Under the pieces are notes generated by a model, which saw nothing but the letters and a program-made list of their open reading frames with translations, did not search any database and was not told the DNA's origin. A program made the translations under genes and the position numbers. Below, one piece after another: positions 31,303 to 40,980 of a stretch of DNA of 64,000 nt (position 1 is the stretch's first letter; each line of letters starts with the position of its first letter). Origin of the DNA: an uncultured bacterium (GTDB taxonomy: Bacteria; Krumholzibacteriota; Krumholzibacteriia; LZORAL124-64-63); the NCBI GenBank assembly GCA_963727525.1, contig CAVSGO010000007.1:1504001-1568000 (forward strand), read 5' to 3'.

Positions 31303-33738
31303 TCAGTGCACGATCGTCACCGGCGCAGTGGACTCGCCGCCGGCCGTGTGCAGGCGGCAGACATAGGTGCCGCTGGCCACGCGTCGGCCGGTGGCATCGC
31401 GCAGATTCCAGCCGATCTCCTGATCCCCGGCCGGGTAGACGTCGTCGCCGAGCCGCGCGATGAAGCGCCCCCGCAGGTCGTAGATCGTCACCCACGCCCG
31501 ACCGGCTGCCGGCAGCGTGAACTGCAGGTACGCGGTGGCGGGACCGCCCGGATTGGGCGCGAGGCCGTGCAGCACCGCGCGCGGCGACAGTGGCGGTTGC
31601 GTGGTCCCGAAGGCGAGGATCGCGACGTCGTCGATGTTCCAGCCGCACGACTGCACGGTGCCGTTCGTGGGCCCCAGCGACCAGCGCACCATGACGCCGG
31701 CCTCGTCGTCGGCCACGGCGCTGATGTCGTAGGCCACCTCGGTCCAGGCGGTGTCGGCCACCGGGTCGATGTTCGTCCACACCGTGGCGTAGTGCACGCC
31801 GTCGGCGCTCACGGCGACCGTGGCGTGGTCGTGCGGCGAGGCCTCCACGCCGAGCCAGCGCCAGAACCTCAGCTGCACGTCACGCAACCCCCGGCAATCG
31901 AAAGGGCCGGCCGTGAGCGACGAGGCCGCCGTGAGGTCGGGCGGGTAGTCGCCCGCGAGGTTGTTGCCGAAGACGTTGCTGCCGGTGTGACCCGACGAGG
32001 GATCCGGCACGCCCCCGCTCCCCAGCCCCTGGGGCTGCCCATAGGCCCATTCGGTCCCGCGGCTCCAGCCGGGATCGCTGGCCAGGTCGACACTGTACCG
32101 CGACGACCGCTCGCCCACCTGCACCTGCAGCATCCGCGTGGTCGTGCCCACGCTGTCGGTGAGGTTGGCGAAGGTGACGGCGGTGCGGTGCACGCCGAGC
32201 GGCAGATCGGCCGTGGTGCTGGCGAGGGCCAGGTCGACCGCGATCGTGTCGCCCACGGCGAGCGTGCCCGACCCGCCGGTGATATCGACCCAGTTCGAGT
32301 CGCTGGTCACGTTGTAGACCAGGGACGCGCTACCGGTGTTGGCGAGCCGATAGGTCCAGAGCGCGGGCGCGAATGGGCCGCCCGGGTCGCCACTGGCCTC
32401 CATGCCGAGAACGGGGATCACCGCCAGCCCGGCGTCGGGATCGGAGAGATCCAGGGAGGTCACGCCGAGCGCGAGGGGATCGAGCCAGTCGCGCAGTCGG
32501 CTCGCCGCATCGCCCCCACCGGTCCACGACACGAAAAAGCGCCCATACCAGTCGGAAAGGTCGTTGCCGCAGGCCGCGTAGCCGCCGTGGAGCTGGCCGA
32601 CGATATGGTGCTGCGGATCGAAGAGGGGCGAGCCCGAGGAACCGGGCTCCGTGGTGCCGAGGTCCCAGTCGGTGATGCGCAGGTGCGTGCCGTTGCCGGG
32701 CACGTCGTTCAGAAGATAATTGGTGACGGTGAGCGGATCATTCTCGAAGCTGATACACTTCTCGTCGGTGTTGGGCTGGTGGATCGTCACCGCGGCGCTC
32801 GGCGTGGTGTCGGTGGCGTCCCAGCCCGCGTACGTGACGCGGAAGTCGGCGTCGGGCATCGCGTCCAGCTCGAGCAGTGTGACGTCGCTCGTGGCGTAAG
32901 TGGCGCGCAGCGTGGCGCCCGACTGGTGCTCCGCCAGGCTCCCGCCGCCGAGCTCACCGCACACGGGGCTCTCGTAGTTCCAGTACACGACGACCTCGGG
33001 TGCGAGGTCGGGATTGCTGATGCAGTGGTTCGCCGTGAGGAAGTACGGCCGGCCGTCGCGGGCCGTGTTGTTGATCATGGCGCCGGTGCACTTCCAGGCG
33101 CCGGCGACGGTGTACACGCCCACGGACCGGATCTCCTCCCGCCAGCCGTCGCCCTCGGGACACACCACGTCGATATTGCACGCGCCCACCTTCTCGCGCA
33201 CGGGTTCGCCGAAGTAGCGGTAGCCACGCCCCACCCGCGCGAGGTGCAGGTCGCAGGCCGCGGCGGCGTCGTCCGGCACGGTGAGCGAGAGGACGACGGC
33301 GTCGGTGAGCAGCACGGGCGTCCAGAGCTGGCCGTGACGGTTGTTGTCCGCGGCGGTGTAAACGAGCACCGGGCCGCTTCCGTCACGCGCGCGCAACGTC
33401 AAGCGCGCCCCCCATGGGAGTCGGAAACGGTCGAACCCGAAATTCAGGGAAAGGCAGCCGGAACTGACGACCTCGCACTGCCACGTGGCGGTGCCAGGCT
33501 CGGCGCCGGTCCAGCCGTCGGCCGCGGACAGGGGATCGATGTCCAGATCGGCCGGCCAGGCGAAGCGGTAGGGCTCGCCGACCGCGAGGCGCGTGTCATC
33601 CTCGGCGGCGAGGGCGGCGCGATCGGGGGACGCGAGGTCGAGCCGACGCGGCGCGGCCAGGGCCGTGCCCATGGCGACGACGACGCATGCCAGACTCATC
33701 ACGACGGATATTCCAGGGCGCAAGCGCGGCAGCGGCAT
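31303..33738 (-). CDS. Secreted lysyl-endopeptidase-like serine protease with C-terminal FlgD-Ig domain
   Basis: CNIDVVC, CTGAMINNT, LTANHC, TEPGSSGSP, GQLHGG; signal peptide. Confidence 0.88.
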   Translation of the reverse strand: MPLPRLRPGISVVMSLACVVVAMGTALAAPRRLDLASPDRAALAAEDDTRLAVGEPYRFAWPADLDIDPLSAADGWTGAEPGTATWQCEVVSSGCLSLNFGFDRFRLPWGARLTLRARDGSGPVLVYTAADNNRHGQLWTPVLLTDAVVLSLTVPDDAAAACDLHLARVGRGYRYFGEPVREKVGACNIDVVCPEGDGWREEIRSVGVYTVAGAWKCTGAMINNTARDGRPYFLTANHCISNPDLAPEVVVYWNYESPVCGELGGGSLAEHQSGATLRATYATSDVTLLELDAMPDADFRVTYAGWDATDTTPSAAVTIHQPNTDEKCISFENDPLTVTNYLLNDVPGNGTHLRITDWDLGTTEPGSSGSPLFDPQHHIVGQLHGGYAACGNDLSDWYGRFFVSWTGGGDAASRLRDWLDPLALGVTSLDLSDPDAGLAVIPVLGMEASGDPGGPFAPALWTYRLANTGSASLVYNVTSDSNWVDITGGSGTLAVGDTIAVDLALASTTADLPLGVHRTAVTFANLTDSVGTTTRMLQVQVGERSSRYSVDLASDPGWSRGTEWAYGQPQGLGSGGVPDPSSGHTGSNVFGNNLAGDYPPDLTAASSLTAGPFDCRGLRDVQLRFWRWLGVEASPHDHATVAVSADGVHYATVWTNIDPVADTAWTEVAYDISAVADDEAGVMVRWSLGPTNGTVQSCGWNIDDVAILAFGTTQPPLSPRAVLHGLAPNPGGPATAYLQFTLPAAGRAWVTIYDLRGRFIARLGDDVYPAGDQEIGWNLRDATGRRVASGTYVCRLHTAGGESTAPVTIVH

Positions 33739-33991
33739 GGTGATACCTCGGGACGCTGGACCAGGGATGGCGATGCCCGAAACATAGCCGAGACCGGCGG
33801 GGAACTCCAGTGCCCAGCCACACTGCCCGAGCGGTATTCGGCTTCGCAACGCCTTCGCGAGGCGGTATTTGCCGACTCGGCCAAAAATAGTTACGGAATG
33901 CCGGGACAGATGGGTTATCGTTGACCCGACGTAGTCCGCCTGGCGAGGCGGGCCCGAAACGAACCCGACGGATGACAAGGCCAGGACCGAC

Positions 33992-35116
33992 ATGCACGAC
34001 CAGCCCATCAACAGCGATTTCACGGATCCCGACGAGACCCAGGCGAGCGAGGAATTCGCCCAGTTGCTGGAGGAATCCGCCGCCACGGAGACGAGCGAGC
34101 CCAACCCGGGCGACAAGGTGACCGGCACGATCGTCCGCATCGATCCCAACGAGACCTTCGTGGACATCGGCAGCCGCAGCGAACTGGCACTGCCGACGTC
34201 CGAGATCGTCGATGCGGACGGCCATCCCCGTTTCGAGGTGGGGGCTTCGATCACGGCGTACGTCGTCAAGCACGATCACGAGCTGTCCCTGACCACCGCC
34301 CTCGACGGCAAGGACCTGGGCTGGCAGATGCTCGAGCAGGCTGCGGCCAGCGGCACGCCGGTCGAGGGCAAGATCACCGCCACCAACAAGGGCGGCCTGT
34401 CGGTCGACCTGGGCGGCAAGCGCGGCTTCTGCCCCTTCAGCCAGATCGACCTGCGGCGCGTGGACGATCCCGACCGGTTCATCGGTCGCAAGGAGCGCTT
34501 CCGCATCCTCGAGATGTCGCCCGACGGACGCAACGTCGTGCTGTCGCGGCGCGCGGTGCTCGAGGCGGAGCGCGCCGATCAGGCCCAGCAGACGCGCGAC
34601 AACCTGAACGTGGGCGCAGCCTTCACGGGGCAGGTCACGCGGCTCGTGCCCTACGGCGCGTTCGTCGACATCGGCGGAATCGAGGGCCTCGTGCACATCT
34701 CGCAGATCAGCCATGCGCGCGTGAACGACCCGTCGGACGCGCTGAGCGAGGGGCAGGAAGTACGGGTGAAGGTGCTCGAGCTCCAGAACCTCGGCGAGGG
34801 CCGCAACGAGCGCATCAGCCTGTCGATCAAGGCGCTGGCCCAGGACCCCTGGCCGGCCACGGCCAGCAGCCTCGAGGTGGGCACCGATTGTGAGGGCACC
34901 GTGACGCGGCTCGCCGATTTCGGCGCCTTCGTGCAGATCCAGCCGGGCGTGGAGGGCCTGATCCACATCAGCGAGCTCGCCAACCGCCGTCTGCTGCACC
35001 CGCGCGAGGTCGTGGGCGAGGGCGATGTCATCGCCGTCCGCGTGCTGGACGTCGATCTACAGCGCCGCCGCATCAGCCTGTCGCGCAAGCAGGCCAGCGA
35101 CTACGACGGAGACTAG
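33992..35116 (+). CDS. S1 RNA-binding protein with four S1 domains (ribosomal protein S1-like)
   Basis: GFCPFSQID, YGAFVDIGGIEGLVHISQI, FGAFVQI.PGVEGLIHISEL. Confidence 0.88.
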   Translation: MHDQPINSDFTDPDETQASEEFAQLLEESAATETSEPNPGDKVTGTIVRIDPNETFVDIGSRSELALPTSEIVDADGHPRFEVGASITAYVVKHDHELSLTTALDGKDLGWQMLEQAAASGTPVEGKITATNKGGLSVDLGGKRGFCPFSQIDLRRVDDPDRFIGRKERFRILEMSPDGRNVVLSRRAVLEAERADQAQQTRDNLNVGAAFTGQVTRLVPYGAFVDIGGIEGLVHISQISHARVNDPSDALSEGQEVRVKVLELQNLGEGRNERISLSIKALAQDPWPATASSLEVGTDCEGTVTRLADFGAFVQIQPGVEGLIHISELANRRLLHPREVVGEGDVIAVRVLDVDLQRRRISLSRKQASDYDGD

Positions 35117-35145
35117 ACGCCACACGACCCTGCGAGGCTCGAATG

Positions 35146-35171
35146 GGCGGCACCCTTCCGGGGTGCCGCTC
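35146..35171. terminator. Stem-loop between convergent genes
   Basis: GGGCGGCACCC...GGGTGCCGCTC. Confidence 0.55.
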
Positions 35172-35181
35172 GCGTCTCACC

Positions 35182-36339
35182 TCAACACGCTTCCCTGCGC
35201 AACGTGGTGACGGCCGCCACGATCACCGCCGCCGCCTCGTCGACCTCGGCCTCGGTGGTGAACCGCCCCAGCCCGAGGCGCAGGCTGTTGCGGGCCAGCG
35301 CGGGATCCACCCCGAGCGCGGCCAGGATCGGCGAGGTCTCGGGCGTGTCGCTGCTGCAGGCCGCGCCGGCCGACACGGCCAGCCGCGTGAGGGCGGGCAG
35401 CAACCGCCCGGGGGGCAGTCCGGGCACGCTCACGTGAAGGTTGCCGGGTAGGCGCCGCCGCGCATCCCCGTTCAGACGCAGATCGGTGATCCCGTCCCGC
35501 AGCCGCTTCCACAGCCGGTCGCGCAGGGTCCGCAACCGCGACGCCTCGACTTCGCGTTCCAGGCGCGCGAGGCGGCACGCCTCCCCGAAGGCTACGATGC
35601 CGGGCACGTTGAGCGTTCCACTACGCAACCCGCGCTCCTGACCGCCGCCCACGATCTGCGGCACCAGCGAGACGCGCGGATCGCGGCGGCGCACGAACAG
35701 CGCCCCCACGCCCTTGGGCCCGTAGATCTTGTGTGCCGAGAAGGCGAGGAGGTCGATGCCGTCGGCCTGTACGTCGAGCGGCACCTTGCCCACGGCCTGC
35801 GCACCGTCGACGAACAGGCGGGTGCCGCGTGCGCGGCAAGCCGTGGCGATCTCGCGTACCGGCTGCAACGTGCCGATCTCGTTCTGGGCGGCGATGACCG
35901 CGACGAGCACTGTCGTGTCGGTGAGCGCCGCCACCACGGCCTGCGGATCCACCAGCCCGTGCGTGTCGGCCGCCACCGTGGTCACGGTCCAGCCGGCGTC
36001 GGCCAGGCGCGCGAGGGGCGCGCTCACGGCGGGGTGTTCCAGGTTGGTGGTCACGATGTGGCGCCCGGCCGGCTCGGCAGCCTGGGCCAGTCCCGTGAGC
36101 GCGAGGTTGCACGACTCGGTGGCACCGGAGGTGAAGACGATCTCGCGGGCCGTGGCGCCCACGAGTGCGGCCACCTCCTCGCGCGCGGCATCCACCAGGG
36201 CGTTCGCCGCCCAGCCGTAGGCGTGGCCGCTGCTCGCCGGGTTGCCGAACTGGTCGCGCAGCACCGTCACCATGCGCTCGAGCACGCGCGGATCGACGGG
36301 CGTGGTGGCGTGATGATCGAGATAGATCGGCCCCGTCAT
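35182..36339 (-). CDS. iscS: Cysteine desulfurase (IscS/NifS group I)
   Basis: IYLDHHATTP, FTSGATE, SAHKIYGPKG, SAGAACSS. Confidence 0.88.
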   Translation of the reverse strand: MTGPIYLDHHATTPVDPRVLERMVTVLRDQFGNPASSGHAYGWAANALVDAAREEVAALVGATAREIVFTSGATESCNLALTGLAQAAEPAGRHIVTTNLEHPAVSAPLARLADAGWTVTTVAADTHGLVDPQAVVAALTDTTVLVAVIAAQNEIGTLQPVREIATACRARGTRLFVDGAQAVGKVPLDVQADGIDLLAFSAHKIYGPKGVGALFVRRRDPRVSLVPQIVGGGQERGLRSGTLNVPGIVAFGEACRLARLEREVEASRLRTLRDRLWKRLRDGITDLRLNGDARRRLPGNLHVSVPGLPPGRLLPALTRLAVSAGAACSSDTPETSPILAALGVDPALARNSLRLGLGRFTTEAEVDEAAAVIVAAVTTLRREAC

Positions 36340-36346
36340 GCCCAAC

Positions 36347-37306
36347 TCAGCGGCTCAGGGCGAGCATGCGCGCGATCGGCGCGCGCGCGCGATCGGCGAG
36401 ATCCCGCGGCAGCGTGAGCTCCGGCGCGCAATCGCGCATGCAGAGGTAGAGCTTCTCGAGCGTGTTCTTCTTCATGTGGGGACATTCGTTGCAACTGCAG
36501 CTCTCGTCGGCTCCGGGCGCGGCGATGAGTTCCTTGTCGGGATTTTCCTTGCGCATCTGGTGCAGGATGCCGCTCTCGGTGACCACGATGACCTGCCGCG
36601 CCGGTGTCTCGCGCGCGAAGCGGAGAATGCTGCTCGTCGATCCCACGTGGTCGGCGTGGCGCAGGATGGCCTCGGGACACTCGGGGTGCGCGGCCACCAC
36701 GGCCGCCGGATGCAGCGCCTTCAGCTCGACGAGCCGACGCTCGCTGAACACCTCGTGGACCTCGCAGCTCCCCGGCCAGAGCACAAGATCGCGCCCGGTC
36801 TGCTGGGCCACGTAGCGCCCGAGGAAGCGGTCCGGGGCGAAGACCACCGGCTGGTCGGCCGGGAACGACTCCACGATCTTCACGGCGTTGCTGCTGGTGC
36901 AGATGACATCGCTGAGCGCCTTGGTGCCGGCCGAGCAATTGATGTAGCTGACGACCTTGTGGTCCGGGTACTGCTCCAGCCAGCGGGCGAACGCGGCCGG
37001 CGGACAGCCGTCGGCCAGGCTGCAGCCCGCCGTGAGGTCGGGCACGAGAACCTGGCGGTCCGGATTCAGGATCTTGGCGGTCTCGGCCATGAAGTGCACG
37101 CCGGCGAAGACGATGACGTCGGCATCGGTGGCCGCCGCCTGCTGGGCGAGCGCCAGGCTGTCGCCCACATGGTCGGCGACGTCCTGGATATCCGGTTCCT
37201 GGTAGTAGTGGGCCAGGATCACGGCGTTCAGTTCTCGGCGCCGGGCATCGATGGCGGCGAAGAGGTCGAGTCCGGGCTCGCTGCCGGTCATGGTCGGCTG
37301 GCTCAT
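36347..37306 (-). CDS. nadA: Quinolinate synthase
   Basis: [43 protein letters not shown]. Confidence 0.95.
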   Translation of the reverse strand: MSQPTMTGSEPGLDLFAAIDARRRELNAVILAHYYQEPDIQDVADHVGDSLALAQQAAATDADVIVFAGVHFMAETAKILNPDRQVLVPDLTAGCSLADGCPPAAFARWLEQYPDHKVVSYINCSAGTKALSDVICTSSNAVKIVESFPADQPVVFAPDRFLGRYVAQQTGRDLVLWPGSCEVHEVFSERRLVELKALHPAAVVAAHPECPEAILRHADHVGSTSSILRFARETPARQVIVVTESGILHQMRKENPDKELIAAPGADESCSCNECPHMKKNTLEKLYLCMRDCAPELTLPRDLADRARAPIARMLALSR

Positions 37307-37559
37307 CGGGTCCTCCCGGAAAGAGGGATCGCGTCACCCAAACCGGGGATGTCGTCCTGGCGAGAACGCCATCCTGGCGAGAATGTCGTCACGCCACGGC
37401 CATTCGGCAAGGCGCCGGCGGGGTGGTTGGGTGTGGACTTTCCCCCTGCCAGTGTTTAGATTTACGGGAGTTTATGCGCCGCGGCGCGGGCGCCGGTAGT
37501 GGCCCCGCCACCCCTTCCCGCGGTGCCGGTTCGATCTGCGTCCGTGTAAGGGAGAGCCC

Positions 37560-38672
37560 GTGATGACCGTTGCCCGAGCCCTGGTTAGCCGCGGCCGGCT
37601 ACCCCTGCTTCTCGTCGCTCTATTCGCTCTTGGTGTGCTCTGGGGCTGTAAGGGCGTGAGCGACGCCCCCACGTATCCGGATCCTCCGGTCGTCTTGCCG
37701 CCGAACTACTTCTACGCCGTCTGGGGCACCGGGGCGGACGACGTCTACGTGGTGGGCCAGCCGGGGTTGATCTACCACTGGAACGGCAGTGCCTGGGCGC
37801 GCGAGGATAGCCACACGACGGAGGTGCTCACCGACGTCTGGGGCGATGGCTCGGGGACCGTGTACGTCACCGGCAACAACGGGACGATCCTGCGCAAGAG
37901 CGGCGGCGGCTGGAGCCGCATGAACTCGGGCACGAGCAAGAATCTCTTCGCAGTCGGGCAGTACCACGGCACCGTCGTGGCGGCCGGACGCAACGGCGCG
38001 GTGCAACGACTCAGCGGCGGCAACTGGACGACTTCGCCGTCGGTGATCTTTGTCCGCGACCCCAATGGCGCCGTCACCGACACGCTCGATCTCTCGAAGG
38101 ACATCGAGTCGCTCACGACGGTCTTCGAGTACGGCATCGGCGGCTCTGACGGCATCGTGCTCATGCAGGACCAGGATGCCGACTACCTGCTGCGCCGCGT
38201 CAAGGGTGGCGAGGGTTGGGTCGCGGCGTCGTTCGGGAGCGCCGACATCTCCGCGAATTTCATCGTCACCGATTTTGGCCGCCTCTTCCAGATGGTGGAG
38301 CTGGAGAGCGGGGCACTCTCGTGGAAGGAGAGGTTCAGCCCCGCTGAAATCGGCGAACGCATCTACGGCATCTGGGTCGACGACCAGAACACGGTGTTCG
38401 TCTGCACCGAGCGCGGACGTGTCAACCGCGTCCGCCCGTCGGAACCGGATGGGGCCTTCCAGCAGCTCTACGGCGATGGCGCGAGCCTCTACGATATCTG
38501 GGGCACGTCGGCTCTCGATCTCTACGCCGTCGGCATCGACGCACGAATCCTGCACTACAATGATCCCGGCGACGGCGGTGGCCAGCGCTGGGTCGCCGAG
38601 TCGGTCCCGGATCTTCCCGGAGACAAGACCGTAGCTCAGGATGGTCGCGACAAGTTCGGCCGCCGGTTCTGA
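37560..38672 (+). CDS. Lipoprotein with 'vWG....vyavG' beta-propeller repeats
   Basis: Lipobox LWGC; repeats AVWGTGADDVYVVG, DVWGDGSGTVYVTG, DIWGTSALDLYAVG. Confidence 0.75.
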   Translation: MMTVARALVSRGRLPLLLVALFALGVLWGCKGVSDAPTYPDPPVVLPPNYFYAVWGTGADDVYVVGQPGLIYHWNGSAWAREDSHTTEVLTDVWGDGSGTVYVTGNNGTILRKSGGGWSRMNSGTSKNLFAVGQYHGTVVAAGRNGAVQRLSGGNWTTSPSVIFVRDPNGAVTDTLDLSKDIESLTTVFEYGIGGSDGIVLMQDQDADYLLRRVKGGEGWVAASFGSADISANFIVTDFGRLFQMVELESGALSWKERFSPAEIGERIYGIWVDDQNTVFVCTERGRVNRVRPSEPDGAFQQLYGDGASLYDIWGTSALDLYAVGIDARILHYNDPGDGGGQRWVAESVPDLPGDKTVAQDGRDKFGRRF

Positions 38673-38778
38673 GTTCCTGCGCAGTCATGACACGCGACCG
38701 GCAACCCACGAATCCCCGACATGCCCGGCTGCGATCGCGGCCGGGCTTTGACCTGCTTCCCGCTTCAGGAGGTCCTCC

Positions 38779-40710
38779 ATGCGACTCTTCGGCTCCCTCC
38801 CGGCCGCTCGACTTCTGGTCGCGCTGATTGCGCTCGGCTGCATGGTCGGCGCGGCATCCAGCTTCGCGTACGAGCCCGACGCCGCGGCGCCTCGCTCCGC
38901 CATTCCCACCGAGTACCAGTGGCGCTGGTCCGACGTGTTCCCGAGCGACGAGGCCTGGCAGCAGGAGCTCGACGCGGTCGGCCGCGATATTCCGACGCTG
39001 ACGCGCTTCCAGGGCCACCTTGCCGATTCCGCCGCCAAGCTGCTCGAGGCCCAGGAGGCCGTGTACGACATCCTGGATCGTTACATGAAGCTGCGGATCT
39101 ACGCCCAGCTCAAGTTCGACATCGACCAGGGCGACAACACCTCGCGGACCAACGCGGGGCGCGTGGGCCAGCTCGGCCCCAAGCTCGGACAGGCCACCGC
39201 GTACATGGAGCCGGAGATCCTGCAGATCCCGCGGGAAACCATCGAGACGTGGATGCAGCAGACACCGGCCCTGCAGGACTGGAAGTACTACTTCAGCGAG
39301 TTGTGGCGCCAGCAAGCCCACACGCTGAGCCCGCAGGAAGAGAAGCTGATGGCCATCACGGGCCGTATGCGCGGCACCCCCGGCGACGCACACGAGGCTC
39401 TGCTGGGCGTGGACATGGACTTCCCCAAGATCGTCAACGCCCAGGGCGAGCTGGTGCCCCTGACGCTGAACAATTTCTCGAAGTACCGCGCCGACGCCAA
39501 CTATGCCGTGCGCAAGCAGGCGGCCGAGGCCTTCTTCGGTACGCTACGCGGCTATGAGAACACCTTCGCGGTACTCCTCGACGGTCTGGCCCAGAGCCAC
39601 GTGGCCACGAAGGAGGCACGGAACTACGACTCATGCCTGGAGGCCGCCCTCGCGCCGGACAACATCTCCACGAAGACGTATCGCAATCTCATCGACACGG
39701 TGCGCAAGAATCTGCCGAACACGATGCACAAGTACGTGGAGCTGCGTCGCAAGGTGCTGGGCATCGACGGACCTCTGACCTTTGCCAACCTCTACAACGA
39801 CCTGCTGCCCGTGGAGAACGTCAACTACACCTACGAACAGGGCCGCGCCATGGTCGCCCAGGCGCTCGCGCCCCTCGGCAAGGCCTACGACCAGGAAGTC
39901 ACCCTCGGCATGGATCCGGCGAACGGGTGGACCGATGTCTATCCAAACGAGGACAAGCGCAGCGGCGCCTATAGCACGGGTTCGGTGGCGCACGATATCC
40001 ACCCGTTCGTGATGCAGAACTTCGACAACACCCTCGACGCCGTCTTCACCACGGCCCACGAGTATGGGCACGCGATGCATAGCTACTACAGCAGCCACGC
40101 GCAGCCGCCTCAGTACCGTGGTTACACGACCTTCCTGGCCGAGATCGCCTCGACCTGCAACGAGGCGCTGCTGACGAACTACATGCTCAAGAAGTACAAG
40201 GGCGACACCGACATGACGCTCTTGCTGCTCAACCAGCGGCTGGAGAGCATGCGCTTGACGATCTTCCGCCAGACGCTGTTCGCCGACTTCGAGCTGCAGT
40301 TCCACGAGTATGCTGAACAGGGCAACCCGCTGACGGCCGAGTGGTTGAACAACAAGTACAAGGAACTCATCGAGACCTACTACGGGCCGGACTTCCAGCT
40401 CTCCGAGAACGACGACTGCGAGTGGATGTTCATCCCCCATTTCTACTACGACTTCTACGTCTTCACCTACGCGACCGGCCTCACCAGCGGCCTGGCCATC
40501 GCCGACCGCATCGAGAGCAAGGGCGACGCGGCTGCCAAGCAATACGTCGACAACATGCTCAAGGCGGGCGCGAGCGCGCCGCCGCTGGATATCCTGCGGG
40601 CGGCCGGCGTGGATCTCGAGACGCCGGCGCCGATCCAGTCGGCGATGGACCTCTTCGCACGCACCTTGGCCGACTTCGACCGCACGTGGACGAAGGCTCA
40701 CCACGAGTAG
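38779..40710 (+). CDS. pepF: Oligoendopeptidase F (M3B) with N-terminal signal peptide
   Basis: KRSGAYS, AHEYGHAMH, AEIAST.NE, RQTLFADFE, IPHFY. Confidence 0.92.
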   Translation: MRLFGSLPAARLLVALIALGCMVGAASSFAYEPDAAAPRSAIPTEYQWRWSDVFPSDEAWQQELDAVGRDIPTLTRFQGHLADSAAKLLEAQEAVYDILDRYMKLRIYAQLKFDIDQGDNTSRTNAGRVGQLGPKLGQATAYMEPEILQIPRETIETWMQQTPALQDWKYYFSELWRQQAHTLSPQEEKLMAITGRMRGTPGDAHEALLGVDMDFPKIVNAQGELVPLTLNNFSKYRADANYAVRKQAAEAFFGTLRGYENTFAVLLDGLAQSHVATKEARNYDSCLEAALAPDNISTKTYRNLIDTVRKNLPNTMHKYVELRRKVLGIDGPLTFANLYNDLLPVENVNYTYEQGRAMVAQALAPLGKAYDQEVTLGMDPANGWTDVYPNEDKRSGAYSTGSVAHDIHPFVMQNFDNTLDAVFTTAHEYGHAMHSYYSSHAQPPQYRGYTTFLAEIASTCNEALLTNYMLKKYKGDTDMTLLLLNQRLESMRLTIFRQTLFADFELQFHEYAEQGNPLTAEWLNNKYKELIETYYGPDFQLSENDDCEWMFIPHFYYDFYVFTYATGLTSGLAIADRIESKGDAAAKQYVDNMLKAGASAPPLDILRAAGVDLETPAPIQSAMDLFARTLADFDRTWTKAHHE

Positions 40711-40793
40711 AGCAGGGCGCCCGGCGCGCTTCCTACCGCGAACCGACGGGGCGCTTGCAAGAGCGCCCCGTCTCGCGTCAGATGGGCTCGTGA

Positions 40794-40823
40794 AAAACCC
40801 CGCGCCGACGAACGGCGCGGGGT
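40794..40823 (-). terminator. Intrinsic terminator of tRNA-Lys
   Basis: ACCCCGCGCCG-ttcgt-CGGCGCGGGGT followed by a T-run on the minus strand. Confidence 0.8.
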
Positions 40824-40828
40824 CGCGA

Positions 40829-40904
40829 TGGTAGGCCGCCCTGGACTCGAACCAGGCACCCTCTCCTTAAAAGGGAGATGCTCTGCCAGATGAGCTAGCG
40901 GCCC
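40829..40904 (-). tRNA. tRNA-Lys(UUU)
   Basis: Cloverleaf; anticodon arm TCTCC-CTTTTAA-GGAGA; GTTCGA T-loop; encoded CCA. Confidence 0.95.
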
Positions 40905-40924
40905 CCCGATTCGATATGGCGGGA

Positions 40925-40953
40925 AACATAGACCAGCCGCCAGGCGGTGTCAA
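40925..40953 (-). promoter_or_regulatory. Sigma70-type promoter of tRNA-Lys
   Basis: TTGACA-17-TATGTT. Confidence 0.7.
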
Positions 40954-40980
40954 AAGCCCGCGATCGACGACGACGACGCT

